Source of the DNA: Myxococcota bacterium
Lineage (GTDB): Bacteria > Myxococcota_A > UBA9042 > PHBI01 > JAWLBL01
Direction: 5' to 3'
DNA: 64,000 nucleotides
Assembly: GCA_041687695.1 (NCBI GenBank)
Contig: JAWLBL010000007.1
Coordinates: 192,001 to 256,000, forward strand
Part shown: piece after piece, positions 43,371 to 53,500 of the stretch
Layout: every line of letters begins with the position of its first letter
Position numbering within the stretch: position 1 is the stretch's first letter
Notes under the pieces: generated by a model
The model's database searches: none
The model's input: only the letters and a program-made list of their open reading frames with translations
What the model was told of the DNA's origin: nothing
Program-made: the position numbers and the translations under genes

Positions 43371-45344
43371 TCAGATGACCCTGTCGCTGCCGCCGTCGAT
43401 GGGCACCTGCGCCCCGGTCGTCTTCGCGAACGCCGGCCCGACCATCGCCGCCACCAGCGCCGCCACGTCCGCCGACCCGATCTCGACCCCCATCAGGTTG
43501 CGCGTCTTGTACTGCTCGGGCGTCAGCCCATAGCGCGCCGCCCGCTCCGCGATGCGCTCGGCCGGCCAGATGCCCGTGTCGAACACCGCGTCCGGGTGCA
43601 CCACGTTGACCCGCACCCCGGCGGGCGCCAGCTCCAGCGCCGCCACCCGCGCCAGCTGCGTCAGCCCCGCCTTGGCCACCGAGTACGCCGCCGCCCCCGG
43701 TCCCGGCGCCGGCACGTTCTTCGACGCCACCACCACCACCGCCGGGTCCAGGCCCAGCTTCAGCAGCGGCGCCGCCGCCCGCAGCACCCGCTGGTGCGTC
43801 GTCAGGTTCGCCTCCAGCGTCGTCCGCCAGGCCTCGTCGCCCAACGCCTCGATGGGCGCCCCCGCCGGGAACGTCCCCGCGTTCGACACCAGCACGTCCA
43901 GCCCGCCGAAGCTCGCCACCACCCGGTCCAGCGCCGCCTCCACCGCCCCCGCGTCGCTCAGATCGGCCACCAGCGCCAGCACGTCCCCGCCAAAGGCCTC
44001 GGCGACCCCCGGGTCCCGGTCCAGCGCCGCCACCGCCGCCCCCTGCGCCCGCAGCGCGTGCACGGTCGCCCGCCCGATGCCGCTCGCCGCGCCGGTCACC
44101 AGCGCCGCCTTGCCCTCGAGCGGCGGCCGCGCGCCGCCCTTGCCCAGCTTGGCCTGCTCCAGCTCCCAGTACTCGACCTCGAACAGCTCGGCCTCGCTCA
44201 CCGGCCGCCACCCGCCCAGCGCCTCGGCCCACTGCATCGCCCGGACGGTGTGCCACGCCACGTCGCGCACCACCCGCAGCCGCGCCGGCGACGGCCCGAA
44301 GGCGACCAGCCCCGCGCCCGGCCACACCGCCCAGCGCGGCGCCGGGTCCAGCGCCGCGTGACCCGCCGTCGCGTGGCGCCCGAAGTACGCCCGATAGGCC
44401 TCGCCGAACGCCGCGACCTCGCCCTCGGGCTCGGACTCGCCCACGATCAGCGGCCACGGCTTCATGTGCAGGACGTGGTCCGGCGTGACCGTCCCACCCC
44501 GCGCCAGCGTCGCCGCGTCGTCACGCCGCGAAAACCCCACCGCCTGGGGCCGCTCGTCCAGCCGCGCCAGCACCGGCCGGCCCCACGCCCGCGCCACCTC
44601 GCGCCGCAGCGTCGCCAGCCGCAGCGGGTCCCAGCTCGACACCTCGGCCGCCGCCGTCGCCCCCAGCGCCCCCTCGGCCTCGAGCCGCCGCTCGGCCTCG
44701 TCCACCAGCGCGATCATCCGCTCGTAGCTCTGCCGCGCGTCGTCCGCGAAGGTGAAGACCCCGTGGTGCATCAGCACCAGCCCCTCGAGCCGGCCCCAGT
44801 CCACGTCGCGCGTCAGCTCGAAGACCTGCCGCGCCAGCACGAACCCCGGCATCACGTACGGCACGACGAGCACCCGCTCGCCGTACAGCGCGCGCAGCCG
44901 CGCCTGCCCGTCCGGCGTGTTGCTCAGCGCGACCACCGCGTCGGCGTGGGTGTGGTCCACATACCGAGAGGGGATCAGCGCGTGCAGGATGGCCTCGACC
45001 GACGGGTTGGGCGCGCCCGGGTCGGTCATCGCCGTCCGCTGCAGCCGCACCATGTCCGTGTCGCTCAGCGCCGGCAGCGCGGCCAGCCGCAGCAGCAGCT
45101 CCATGCGCACCGGCGCGAACCCGGCCGGCTCGATGCTGGCCAGATCCCAGCCGCTGCCCTTGACGTACAGGACCTCCTGCTCGTCGCCGAAGAAGTCCCG
45201 CTCGCGCACCTTCACCGAGGTGTTGCCGCCGCCGTGCAGGACCAGCCCTGGCTCGCGCCCCAGCAGCCGCGACGAGTACGCCCGCAGCGCCACCGGGTCG
45301 TCCGCGAACGCCGCCGCCTCCGCGTCGCTCCACTGGCTGCGCAT
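43371..45344 (-). CDS. Bifunctional class II aldolase / short-chain dehydrogenase
   Basis: LVLHGGGNTSVK, VKGSGWDL, PSVE..LH, HTHAD, EYWELEQAKL, TGAASGIG, YSVAK. Confidence 0.92.
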   Translation of the reverse strand: MRSQWSDAEAAAFADDPVALRAYSSRLLGREPGLVLHGGGNTSVKVRERDFFGDEQEVLYVKGSGWDLASIEPAGFAPVRMELLLRLAALPALSDTDMVRLQRTAMTDPGAPNPSVEAILHALIPSRYVDHTHADAVVALSNTPDGQARLRALYGERVLVVPYVMPGFVLARQVFELTRDVDWGRLEGLVLMHHGVFTFADDARQSYERMIALVDEAERRLEAEGALGATAAAEVSSWDPLRLATLRREVARAWGRPVLARLDERPQAVGFSRRDDAATLARGGTVTPDHVLHMKPWPLIVGESEPEGEVAAFGEAYRAYFGRHATAGHAALDPAPRWAVWPGAGLVAFGPSPARLRVVRDVAWHTVRAMQWAEALGGWRPVSEAELFEVEYWELEQAKLGKGGARPPLEGKAALVTGAASGIGRATVHALRAQGAAVAALDRDPGVAEAFGGDVLALVADLSDAGAVEAALDRVVASFGGLDVLVSNAGTFPAGAPIEALGDEAWRTTLEANLTTHQRVLRAAAPLLKLGLDPAVVVVASKNVPAPGPGAAAYSVAKAGLTQLARVAALELAPAGVRVNVVHPDAVFDTGIWPAERIAERAARYGLTPEQYKTRNLMGVEIGSADVAALVAAMVGPAFAKTTGAQVPIDGGSDRVI

Positions 45345-45346
45345 CG

Positions 45347-46297
45347 TCAGACCGCCTCGGGGTCCTGCTGCCGCTCGAGCTCGGCGTCGAGCATCGCGCA
45401 GATGTCGTCCTTCACCTCGGCCAGGTTCAGCCCGATGAAGGCGATGGAGGTGCGCCCGGTGACCGGCGTCGCGTCCCAGTCCAGCTGGCCCGGCATGCCG
45501 TTGACGCAGTGGGTCTTGTCCCAGCAGCGCAGGACGCCCTTGAAGCGGGCGATGCGCTCGCGGCCGCCCGGCGGGTTGAGCAGCTTGTGGCCGAAGACCA
45601 GGCGGTCGTAGCAGATCTTCTTGGAGCGGTAGACGAAGGCCTCGAAGTCGGCGGGCAGCCCCTCGGTGGCGGCGTCGTCGGACAGGCGCGGCGCGAGGCC
45701 CTCGGGCATCGTCAGGACCGCCGACCGGCTGACCTGGCCCTGGTAGGCGAACTGCACGCGCGCCGCCGGGTTGCGGGCCTTGATGCGGTCGCGGATGGTC
45801 GACAGCGACGTCTCGTTGGCCTTGTCGGTCTTGTTGACGACCACGACGTCGGCGACGTCGACCTGCGCCCACAGCTGCGCGCCGAAGCGCTGGTCGTGCG
45901 CCTCGAAGGCGCCGGCGTCCAGCACGACGATGGTCGGGCCCAGCACGGTGTCGCGGCGGATCTCCTCGTCGCCGAACAGGTCGCGGGTGATGAGGTCCAG
46001 CTGCGCGACGCCGCTGGTCTCGAGGAAGATGTGCGCCAGCGGGTTGCCGTCGCCCAGCAGATCGGCGACCGGCTCGGAGTACGGGCGCGCCGCGGCGCCG
46101 ATGCCGGTCGCGGCGATCTGGCGGATCTCGACGCCCGTGGGCTTGAGCATCTCGGCGTCGAAGCCCTGCTCGGCGAACTCGCCGACGACCACCGCCGAGC
46201 GCCCGTCGATGGCCGTGCCGTCGAGCAGGTGCTTGAGGACGCTGGTCTTCCCCGACCCGAGGATGCCCGTGATGATGTGCAGCTTGGTCTTGCGCAT
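45347..46297 (-). CDS. COG0523/CobW-family GTPase lacking CxCC
   Basis: ITGILGSGKT, ETSG, Q..ADVVVVNKTD, CobW_C-like R.KG tail. Confidence 0.85.
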   Translation of the reverse strand: MRKTKLHIITGILGSGKTSVLKHLLDGTAIDGRSAVVVGEFAEQGFDAEMLKPTGVEIRQIAATGIGAAARPYSEPVADLLGDGNPLAHIFLETSGVAQLDLITRDLFGDEEIRRDTVLGPTIVVLDAGAFEAHDQRFGAQLWAQVDVADVVVVNKTDKANETSLSTIRDRIKARNPAARVQFAYQGQVSRSAVLTMPEGLAPRLSDDAATEGLPADFEAFVYRSKKICYDRLVFGHKLLNPPGGRERIARFKGVLRCWDKTHCVNGMPGQLDWDATPVTGRTSIAFIGLNLAEVKDDICAMLDAELERQQDPEAV

Positions 46298-46471
46298 GCC
46301 TACTCCCAGTTCGCGGCGGAGCCTAACAGGAAGGGCCCGCGCCCGCCACGCCGCCCCGCCGGCCGATGATGATCCGCCTCGGGCGTCCGCCTCGGGCCCA
46401 CGCGGATTTTGGACCGCCCCGGCGGACCGCCTTAGGGTCGGGGCCGCCCAACGTCCCCCGGGAGCCCTGGC

Positions 46472-47566
46472 TTGGCGCGCACCGACACCCGCTGGTATCG
46501 CCACGAGCGCTGGATCGCCACCCTGGCCCGCGTCGTGCTCTTCGTGGGCGCGCTCTGGTTCCTGGGCGCCGTCCTCGTGCGCCTGTCCAGCGTCACCGTG
46601 CCCCTGTTCGGCGGCTTCCTGCTGGCCTTCGTCAGCCTGCCGGCCATCGACGCCCTCGACCGCCGCATGCCCCGCGGCCTCGCCGTCACCCTGGTCGCCG
46701 TCCTCGGCCTGCTCGCCGCCGCCGTCCTGGCCTTCCTGGTCGTCCCGCTCTTCACCCGCGAGCTGGCCGTCGTCCTGCGCCTGCTGCCCGAGTGGGTCGA
46801 GCGCGTCCAGACCGACTGGATCCCCGCCCTCATCCGCACCTTCGATCTCGAGGACGCGGTCGAACCCGGCGCCATCCAGCAGATGATCGAGCAGTCGGCC
46901 GCCCCGCTCATCCGCAACACGGGCCTCGCCCTGCAGAGCCTGACCGGCTTCCTCGCCCGCGCGGTCGACGCCGCCATCATCCTGGTGATGGTCCCCATCT
47001 TCGCCATGTTCTTCGGCTACCACTTCCACACGGTCGTCGCCTTCGGCCGCTCGCTCGTCCCCCCGCGCCACATGGACGACACCGTGCGCGTCCTGCGCGA
47101 CGTCGACCGCACCCTGGCCAAGTGGATCCGCGGCCAGCTCACCGTCTGCGTCGCCCTGGCCGTCATGTACTGCATCGGCCTGTCGCTCGCCGGCCTCAAG
47201 GGCGCCATCGCCATCGGCATCGTCGCCGGCCTGCTCAACTTCGTGCCCTACCTGGGCACCATCGCCGGCAGCACCATGAGCTTCCTCATGGCCGCCCTCG
47301 AGGGCTCTCCCCCCGAGACCTTCGTCCTCATCGCCTCGACCTTCGCCATCGCCGGCCTCATCGAGGGCTGGATCATCACCCCGCGCGTCGTCGGCGGCTC
47401 GGTCGGCCTGGGCGGCCTGGGCGTGCTGGTCGCCCTGATGGTCGGCGCCGAGCTGATGGGCATGCTGGGCGTCCTGGTCGCCGTCCCCACCGCCGCGGTG
47501 CTGGTCATCCTGCTACGCGAGGCCCGCGTCGCCTACTCGAAGAGCCCCTTCTTCACGCACCCCTGA
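46472..47566 (+). CDS. AI-2E family (PerM-like) transporter
   Basis: Multiple TM segments; WIRGQ, NFVPYLG, IEG.IITPRVVG, G..G.LVAVP. Confidence 0.9.
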   Translation: MARTDTRWYRHERWIATLARVVLFVGALWFLGAVLVRLSSVTVPLFGGFLLAFVSLPAIDALDRRMPRGLAVTLVAVLGLLAAAVLAFLVVPLFTRELAVVLRLLPEWVERVQTDWIPALIRTFDLEDAVEPGAIQQMIEQSAAPLIRNTGLALQSLTGFLARAVDAAIILVMVPIFAMFFGYHFHTVVAFGRSLVPPRHMDDTVRVLRDVDRTLAKWIRGQLTVCVALAVMYCIGLSLAGLKGAIAIGIVAGLLNFVPYLGTIAGSTMSFLMAALEGSPPETFVLIASTFAIAGLIEGWIITPRVVGGSVGLGGLGVLVALMVGAELMGMLGVLVAVPTAAVLVILLREARVAYSKSPFFTHP

Positions 47567-47573
47567 CCGGGCC

Positions 47574-49643
47574 TCACCCCGCCGCGCCCTCGGCCAGCCG
47601 CAGGAACTCGGTCTCGGTGATGATCCGCAGCGGCGCGCCCTCGGCGACGTACTTGTCGGCCGTCTTGTGCTTCGAACTGCGCGCGCCGTCGCCCAATAGC
47701 GGCGACCCGTCGTCGCCGATGACCAGGAAGTCCAGATCGCGCGTGACCCCCGAGGGCGTCGTCCCGCCCGCCGCGCGCACCTTCTGCTGCGCCGACTTGC
47801 GGTCCATGTGGGCCAGCTTCCCGGTGAACACGACCGACTTGCCGGCCAGCGGGTGCGCCGCGTCGCCGACCGCCGGCGCCTGCACGTCGTGGTGGTCCTC
47901 GACCGCCACGAACGCGAGCAGGTGCTCGATCTGCTCGCGCCGCTGCGCCAGCCCTTGCACGATGCTCGCCGCCAGCACCTCGTCGAAGCCGTGCAGACCC
48001 TTGAGGTCCTCTTCGCGGAGCTCCAGCACCCGCCCCAGCGTCCGGAACTGCGCCGCGAGCGTCCCTGCCATCTCGGGGCCGAGGCTCGGCACGCCTAGCG
48101 AAGCCAGGAAGGTGGCCAGCGGCAGCACCCTCCGGCCCGCGATGTTGTCCACCAGCTTGCGCGCCAGCGTCTCACCCATCCGCTCGAGGGGCGTCAGGTC
48201 ATCCGCGCGCAGCCGATAGAGATCCGCCGGCTCCTTCACCAGCCCGCGCTCACGCAGCTGCGCCACGACCTTGGGCCCGAAGCCGTCGATCTCCGCCGCC
48301 TTCAGGAAGTGCTGCAACGCGCCGTCGATCACCGCGGGGCAGCCCTCGGGTCGCGAGCACATCAGCGTCTTGATGATGCGCTTGGCCTCTCCCTTCTTTC
48401 CGGCGGAGGCCTCGCGCGCCACGACGTGCGTCGGGCCCTCGCAGGAGGGGCAGGTCGCGGGGATCTGCAGCGGCTCCGGCCCCGCCTCCACCACCGACTC
48501 GATGTGCGGGATGACCCCTCCTCGTCGTGACGCCACCACCGTCGCGCCCCGGGTCACGCCCAGCTCCTCGACCCGCGTCAGGTTGTGGAGCGAGCACCGT
48601 CCGACCATCGCGCCCGACAGCTCGATGGGCTCGATCAGCGCCACGGGCGTAATCGCCCCCGTCCGCGCCACCGACCACTCGACGTCCAGCAGCGTCGTCT
48701 TGCCGGTCTCGGCCTGGAACTTGTAGGCGATGGCATAGCGCGGGTGATGCGCGGTCAGACCCAGCCGCCGCTGCTCCGAGATCGCGTTCACCTTGTAGAC
48801 GATGCCGTCGATCTCGAAGTCCAGCCCGTCACGCCGCGCCAGCCACATGTCGAAGCACGCCTGCATGGCCTCCTTCGGTACGACCTGGGTCTCGACCGTC
48901 TCGAAACCATGCGCCCGCGCCCACTCCAGCTTGGCCGCCTCGGTCTCCAGCTCTGGCCCGATCACGTCGTACGCGAAGAACGACAGCCGATACTCCGCGG
49001 TCTTCTCCGCTACCTTCTGCTTGATGGCGCCGGCGGTCGTGTTGCGCGGATTGGAGAACTGGTCTCTGAGTCCGGCGAAGACGCTCAGGCGCATGTAGAC
49101 CTCGCCGCGCACCTCGACCGGCCCCCCGCCCGAAATCTGCTTCGGGATGTCGGCGATGTGCAGGGCGTTGGCCGTGAAGGCCTCGCCCCGCACCCCGTCG
49201 CCGCGGGTCACGGCCACCGACAGGCGCCCCTCGGTGTCGTACTTCAGCGAGGCGGCGACGCCGTCGACCTTGGGCGTCTCGACGACGTCTCCGACGAAGG
49301 CCTCCTGGCCGGTCCGTGGGTCCCACGCCCAACGTCGCAGCTCGTCCTCGGTGTAGCACTTGTCCAGGCTCAGCATGGGCGTGTCGTGGAACACGCGCTC
49401 GCCGGCGCTCGACGGCGTCGCCTCGAGCTCGAGCAGGGCCGGGTGCTCGGGGGCCAGCGCCTGCAGCCGGCGCGTCAGCCGGTCGAAGGCGTAGTCGCTG
49501 ATCTCCGGCGCGTTCAGCGCGAAGTACCGCCAGTTGTGGTAGCGCACGGCGACCGCCAGCTCGTCGACCGTCATCTGGTCGAAGGGCTTGTCCGCCGGGC
49601 GCGGCGGGCTCTGCAGCGTCTCGGGCTCGCGGCTCGTGCTCAT
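47574..49643 (-). CDS. ligA: NAD-dependent DNA ligase
   Basis: PMLSLDK, KVDG, TRGDG, EVRGE, DGIVYK, RTG.ITP, Zn finger CPSC, BRCT tail. Confidence 0.95.
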   Translation of the reverse strand: MSTSREPETLQSPPRPADKPFDQMTVDELAVAVRYHNWRYFALNAPEISDYAFDRLTRRLQALAPEHPALLELEATPSSAGERVFHDTPMLSLDKCYTEDELRRWAWDPRTGQEAFVGDVVETPKVDGVAASLKYDTEGRLSVAVTRGDGVRGEAFTANALHIADIPKQISGGGPVEVRGEVYMRLSVFAGLRDQFSNPRNTTAGAIKQKVAEKTAEYRLSFFAYDVIGPELETEAAKLEWARAHGFETVETQVVPKEAMQACFDMWLARRDGLDFEIDGIVYKVNAISEQRRLGLTAHHPRYAIAYKFQAETGKTTLLDVEWSVARTGAITPVALIEPIELSGAMVGRCSLHNLTRVEELGVTRGATVVASRRGGVIPHIESVVEAGPEPLQIPATCPSCEGPTHVVAREASAGKKGEAKRIIKTLMCSRPEGCPAVIDGALQHFLKAAEIDGFGPKVVAQLRERGLVKEPADLYRLRADDLTPLERMGETLARKLVDNIAGRRVLPLATFLASLGVPSLGPEMAGTLAAQFRTLGRVLELREEDLKGLHGFDEVLAASIVQGLAQRREQIEHLLAFVAVEDHHDVQAPAVGDAAHPLAGKSVVFTGKLAHMDRKSAQQKVRAAGGTTPSGVTRDLDFLVIGDDGSPLLGDGARSSKHKTADKYVAEGAPLRIITETEFLRLAEGAAG

Positions 49644-49805
49644 GACCTTCCCTCGGTGGCGGTGCTGCGGACGGCGGGTTCGATACCGCGAAGCCTGCCC
49701 GGCCGCAACCGCCTCGAAGCTGGACCCCAACCCCCCGCCACGCCGCGAACTTCCCGTCAGAACGGGGCATTGCCGCCGCCCCCGTCCGCCGCTACCCTCC
49801 GGCTC

Positions 49806-51140
49806 ATGTCCTTCGCGGCGCCCAGCTCCCGCTCCCCCTTCGAGGCCGCCAACGCCTGGCTCGCCTCGCTGCACCCGCGCGGCATCCGCCTGGGCCTCGA
49901 CGGCGTCCGCATGGCGCTCGAGCGCCTCGGCTCGCCCCACCTGCGGCTGCCGGCCGTCACCATCGCGGGCACCAACGGCAAGGGCTCGACCGCCGCCTTT
50001 TTGGCCTCGATGGCCCACATGGCCGGCTACCGGGTGGGCCTTTACACCTCGCCCCACCTGGTCCACGTCACCGAGCGCATCCGCCTGGGCAGCCTGCCCA
50101 TCCTGCCCGACGACTTCGCCGAGCAGGCCTTCCTGGTCCGCGCGGCCATGCAGGGCACGCACAGCCGCCCCGAGCTGCCGCTGACCTACTTCGAGGCCAT
50201 GACCGTCATGGCCATCCACTACTTCCACCAGCGCGAGGTCGACCTGGCCATCCTCGAGGTGGGCCTGGGCGGCCGCCTCGACGCGACGGCCGTGGTCCCG
50301 CCGCTGGTCAGCGTCATCACCCCCATCGGCCTCGACCACCAGGAGTACCTGGGCGACACGCTAGAGGCCATCTGCACCGAGAAGGCCGGCATCATCCAAG
50401 AGGGCGCGACCGTCGTCACCAACGTCGCCCCCGAGCTGTTCCGCGCGGTCATCGGCCCCAAGGCGTACTCGCTGCGCTGCCCCATCCGCCGCGCCGAGGT
50501 CGACTTCCTGCACGCCTTCTTGCCCGAGGGCTTCCGGTACCGCGGCTGGATCGGCCGCCTGGGCCCGGTGCGCCTGGGCCTGCGCGGCACCCACCAGGGC
50601 GACAACGCCGCGCTCGCCTGCGCCGCCGCCGAGTCCCTGGCGCCCCACGGCTTCTGCATGAAGCCCATGCACATGGCCGAGGGCCTGGCCCGCGCCCGCC
50701 ACCCCGGCCGCCTCGAGCTGCGCGACCCACAGATAGACCCGTCCGGCCGCTCCTGGCCGCTGACCGTCCTCGACGGCGCCCACAACCCGCTGGGCGCCCA
50801 GACGCTGGCGACCGAGCTGGACGCCTTCCTGACCGAGTCGCCCCGGGTCCTGCTCTTCGCCGCCAAAGCCGACAAGGACGTCCGCGGCATCCTCACCCAC
50901 CTCGCCCCCAAGGTCGACGCCATCATCGTCACCACGGCGCCCCTGCTCTCGGACGCCGCCGAGGTGGCCCCCCACGCCCGCGCCCTGTGCCCCAACGTCC
51001 TGGTCGAGCCCGACCTCGAGCGCGCCGTCGAGACCGCCCGCCGCCTCACCGGCGCCTCCGGCTCCCTGCTCGTCTCGGGCAGCCTCTACCTGCTGGGCGC
51101 CGTCATCCCGCTGCTGCCGACCCCCACACCTTTCCCTTGA
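49806..51140 (+). CDS. folC: Folylpolyglutamate synthase/dihydrofolate synthase
   Basis: AGTNGKGST, YTSPHL..ERI, EVGLGGRLDAT, EKAGI, LDGAHN, GSLYL. Confidence 0.96.
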   Translation: MSFAAPSSRSPFEAANAWLASLHPRGIRLGLDGVRMALERLGSPHLRLPAVTIAGTNGKGSTAAFLASMAHMAGYRVGLYTSPHLVHVTERIRLGSLPILPDDFAEQAFLVRAAMQGTHSRPELPLTYFEAMTVMAIHYFHQREVDLAILEVGLGGRLDATAVVPPLVSVITPIGLDHQEYLGDTLEAICTEKAGIIQEGATVVTNVAPELFRAVIGPKAYSLRCPIRRAEVDFLHAFLPEGFRYRGWIGRLGPVRLGLRGTHQGDNAALACAAAESLAPHGFCMKPMHMAEGLARARHPGRLELRDPQIDPSGRSWPLTVLDGAHNPLGAQTLATELDAFLTESPRVLLFAAKADKDVRGILTHLAPKVDAIIVTTAPLLSDAAEVAPHARALCPNVLVEPDLERAVETARRLTGASGSLLVSGSLYLLGAVIPLLPTPTPFP

Positions 51141-51166
51141 CACCCCCGGCCGGCACCCACTAAAAC
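51137..51166 (+). promoter_or_regulatory. Promoter of tRNA-Val(CAC)
   Basis: TTGACA-N18-TAAAAC overlapping the folC stop. Confidence 0.55.
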
Positions 51167-51183
51167 CCCGTCCACTTCCGCGA

Positions 51184-51258
51184 GGGCGCATAACTCAGCG
51201 GTAGAGTGCCACCTTCACACGGTGGAAGTCACAGGTTCAAATCCTGTTGCGCCCACCA
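51184..51258 (+). tRNA. tRNA-Val(CAC)
   Basis: 75-nt cloverleaf, CCACC-TTCACAC-GGTGG anticodon arm, encoded CCA. Confidence 0.96.
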
Positions 51259-51269
51259 GCGTCCGACGT

Positions 51270-51305
51270 CAACAAAGCCCGGGGTTCGGACCCTGGGCTT
51301 TGTTG
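51270..51305 (+). terminator. Intrinsic terminator after tRNA-Val (island side)
   Basis: caacaaagccc ggggttcggaccct gggctttgttg hairpin. Confidence 0.7.
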
Positions 51306-51333
51306 CTTCGAACCCGAAAATCTGCGGGGCTGC

Positions 51334-52641
51334 ATGCGACTCGAACGACTCGGCTTGGAGAACTTCAGGGCCTTCGAGTCGTTGGACCTGGACCTGCATC
51401 CACAGTTCAACGTCCTGGTGGGCACCAACGGGACGGGGAAGTCGAGTGTCCTCGAAGCGCTCGCCATCGGTGCAGGGAGCCTCTTTCTGGGGGTCCCAGG
51501 CGCCGAAGCACCAGGGGTATCGCGCCAGCAGGTCCGGCAAGTGGTCTACACCTTCGACGGTCTGCCGGACCTGCAAGCACAGTACCCTGTCGTCATTCGA
51601 TGCGAGGGAGCATTCGGGGATAGACGGCTGTCGTGGGTGCGAACGCTCGAGAGCGAGACGGGGCGTACGACGCGGGTCGGCGCCGAATCGATCCGCCTCG
51701 TAGGCGAGCAACTCGTAAGGCGCGTTCGGAAGGGTGAAGGGGTCGTCCTTCCCTTGATCGCACATTACGGGACACAGCGTCTGTGGCGTCAGATCAAACA
51801 GACCCGGGGCAAGCAGGGCGTGGGGAGTCGGTTCGACGGCTACATGGACTGCCTGGAGCCGGCGTCGAACCACAAGCACCTCACTGATTGGATGCGGAAG
51901 CAAGCATTGGCGGCTGCCCAGCGACAGGCCGCGATCCCGCACGTCGGCGCGGTCGAGGCGGCCGTCTGCGCGTGCATCACGACACCGGAGGCGCCGGTTG
52001 AAGCGTTCTACTTCGACGTTCAGCACGACGAGCTGCGGGTGCGATGGAAGTCGGTCTCAGGTGAGCCTCCGCTGATTCGTCCGTTCGCGCTCCTCCCAGA
52101 CGGATTTCGCAACATGGTCGCCATGGTGGCGGACCTCGCGTGGCGAGCCGTCGTGCTCAACCCGCACCTCGGCGCTGGAGCCGCACGTGGGACAGCCGGG
52201 ATTGTCCTGGTCGACGAGATCGACCTGCACCTACATCCCTCCTGGCAGCGAAGAGTGGTTGGTGACCTGATGAGGGTGTTCCCCAATGTTCAATTCGTGG
52301 TGACGACCCACTCACCTCAGGTCATCGCGACGGCGAAGCCCGAGTTCCTCCGCATCCTGAAGCCAGACGGCGAGATCGCGCGTGTGGACCATGTCCTGGG
52401 CAAGGACTCCAACGCCGTGCTCCGCGAGGTCATGGACTTGCCGGATCGGCCCAGCTGGATGCAGGACAAGCTCGACGAGCTGGCGCGATGGCTGGAAGCC
52501 GAGGACGTCCCCAAGGCCCGTGCCCTTCTCGAGGAACTCACGAGACTCCTGGGGCCTGGTGATGCGGCGCTTCGTGGGCTCGAGTGGGAGCTTGTCGATC
52601 TGGAGCTAGCCAGTGCGGAACGTCGCCAAGAGCCAACCTGA
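51334..52641 (+). CDS. ABC/AAA_21-type ATPase (PtuA/Septu-like defence ATPase)
   Basis: LENFRAF, GTNGTGKS, LPDG signature, VLVDEIDLHLHPSWQR, TTHSPQ. Confidence 0.88.
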   Translation: MRLERLGLENFRAFESLDLDLHPQFNVLVGTNGTGKSSVLEALAIGAGSLFLGVPGAEAPGVSRQQVRQVVYTFDGLPDLQAQYPVVIRCEGAFGDRRLSWVRTLESETGRTTRVGAESIRLVGEQLVRRVRKGEGVVLPLIAHYGTQRLWRQIKQTRGKQGVGSRFDGYMDCLEPASNHKHLTDWMRKQALAAAQRQAAIPHVGAVEAAVCACITTPEAPVEAFYFDVQHDELRVRWKSVSGEPPLIRPFALLPDGFRNMVAMVADLAWRAVVLNPHLGAGAARGTAGIVLVDEIDLHLHPSWQRRVVGDLMRVFPNVQFVVTTHSPQVIATAKPEFLRILKPDGEIARVDHVLGKDSNAVLREVMDLPDRPSWMQDKLDELARWLEAEDVPKARALLEELTRLLGPGDAALRGLEWELVDLELASAERRQEPT

Positions 52642-53299
52642 ACCGGTGTGCCTGTCGGACGCCCGTCGCCTAGCGCGTGTGGGAGGGCGTCGCGTCAGCT
52701 CCGAGGACTGGGACTCCGTCCACGGCGACTGCAAGGGGCGGCTCCGGGAGAGACTCTTCCGGGATCAGAAGGGCCTCTGTGCCTACTGCTGCGATCGATT
52801 GCGCGGAGGCCACGGCTGGTTGGACCACCGGCCCGATCTGGGAGGCATGAAGATCGAGCATTGGCTGGCTCGCAGCCGATTTGGCGAGGAGACGCTGACC
52901 TGGAGCAACCTCCTGGGGGTCTGCGGCGGACGGCCTTCGGCTAGCTCCGGCTCTTGTGACAACGCCAGGGGCAACGGCGACTTGAGATGTCACCCTGTGA
53001 GCTCGCCAAGTCTCCACGAGCGCTTTACCTACACGGCAACGGGAGAAGTCCGGGGTCGCGACGCGGATGCTGCGGCCGACATCGATCTCCTCAATCTGAA
53101 CCACCCCGTCCTCAAGGCGGGCCGGGCGAGGGTCATCGAAGCCTTGCGGAAAGCGCTGGCCCGGGATGACAGGCCCGGGAGCATCCGTCGTCGGCTCGCG
53201 AGCCTTCGTCAGGAAGATGAACACGGGACGTTGCCGGGATTCGTGCAGGTGGCAGAGCACTACTTGGAGAAGAAGCTGCGGCTTCGGGATGGCCGCTGA
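52613..53299 (+). CDS. HNH endonuclease (TIGR02646/PtuB-like)
   Basis: L..DQKGLCAYC, IEH, W.NLLGVC, CDNARG, LNLN..L...R; overlaps the ATPase 3' end. Confidence 0.88.
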   Translation: MRNVAKSQPEPVCLSDARRLARVGGRRVSSEDWDSVHGDCKGRLRERLFRDQKGLCAYCCDRLRGGHGWLDHRPDLGGMKIEHWLARSRFGEETLTWSNLLGVCGGRPSASSGSCDNARGNGDLRCHPVSSPSLHERFTYTATGEVRGRDADAAADIDLLNLNHPVLKAGRARVIEALRKALARDDRPGSIRRRLASLRQEDEHGTLPGFVQVAEHYLEKKLRLRDGR

Positions 53300-53500
53300 G
53301 GGCTCGCCAGGGAGTGCAGCGATCGGATGACCAAGGGGGGGCCACGGAGGGAGGGCGGGGTGGAAGCCGCTGTAGCTGAGCAGGACGACGCAGGATGGGA
53401 TGGTCGGGGGCCGTCCAGGCTCGACGGCCCTACCTACCGTTGAGGTGCCGTGATGATGTTGAGGTCACCCGCTCGACCTCGTTCGATCTCGATGCTTGAC

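Noticed and set aside
51259..53500. Complete retron
   Set aside because: No reverse transcriptase in or near the island and no recognisable msr-msd; the upstream hairpin is explained as a terminator
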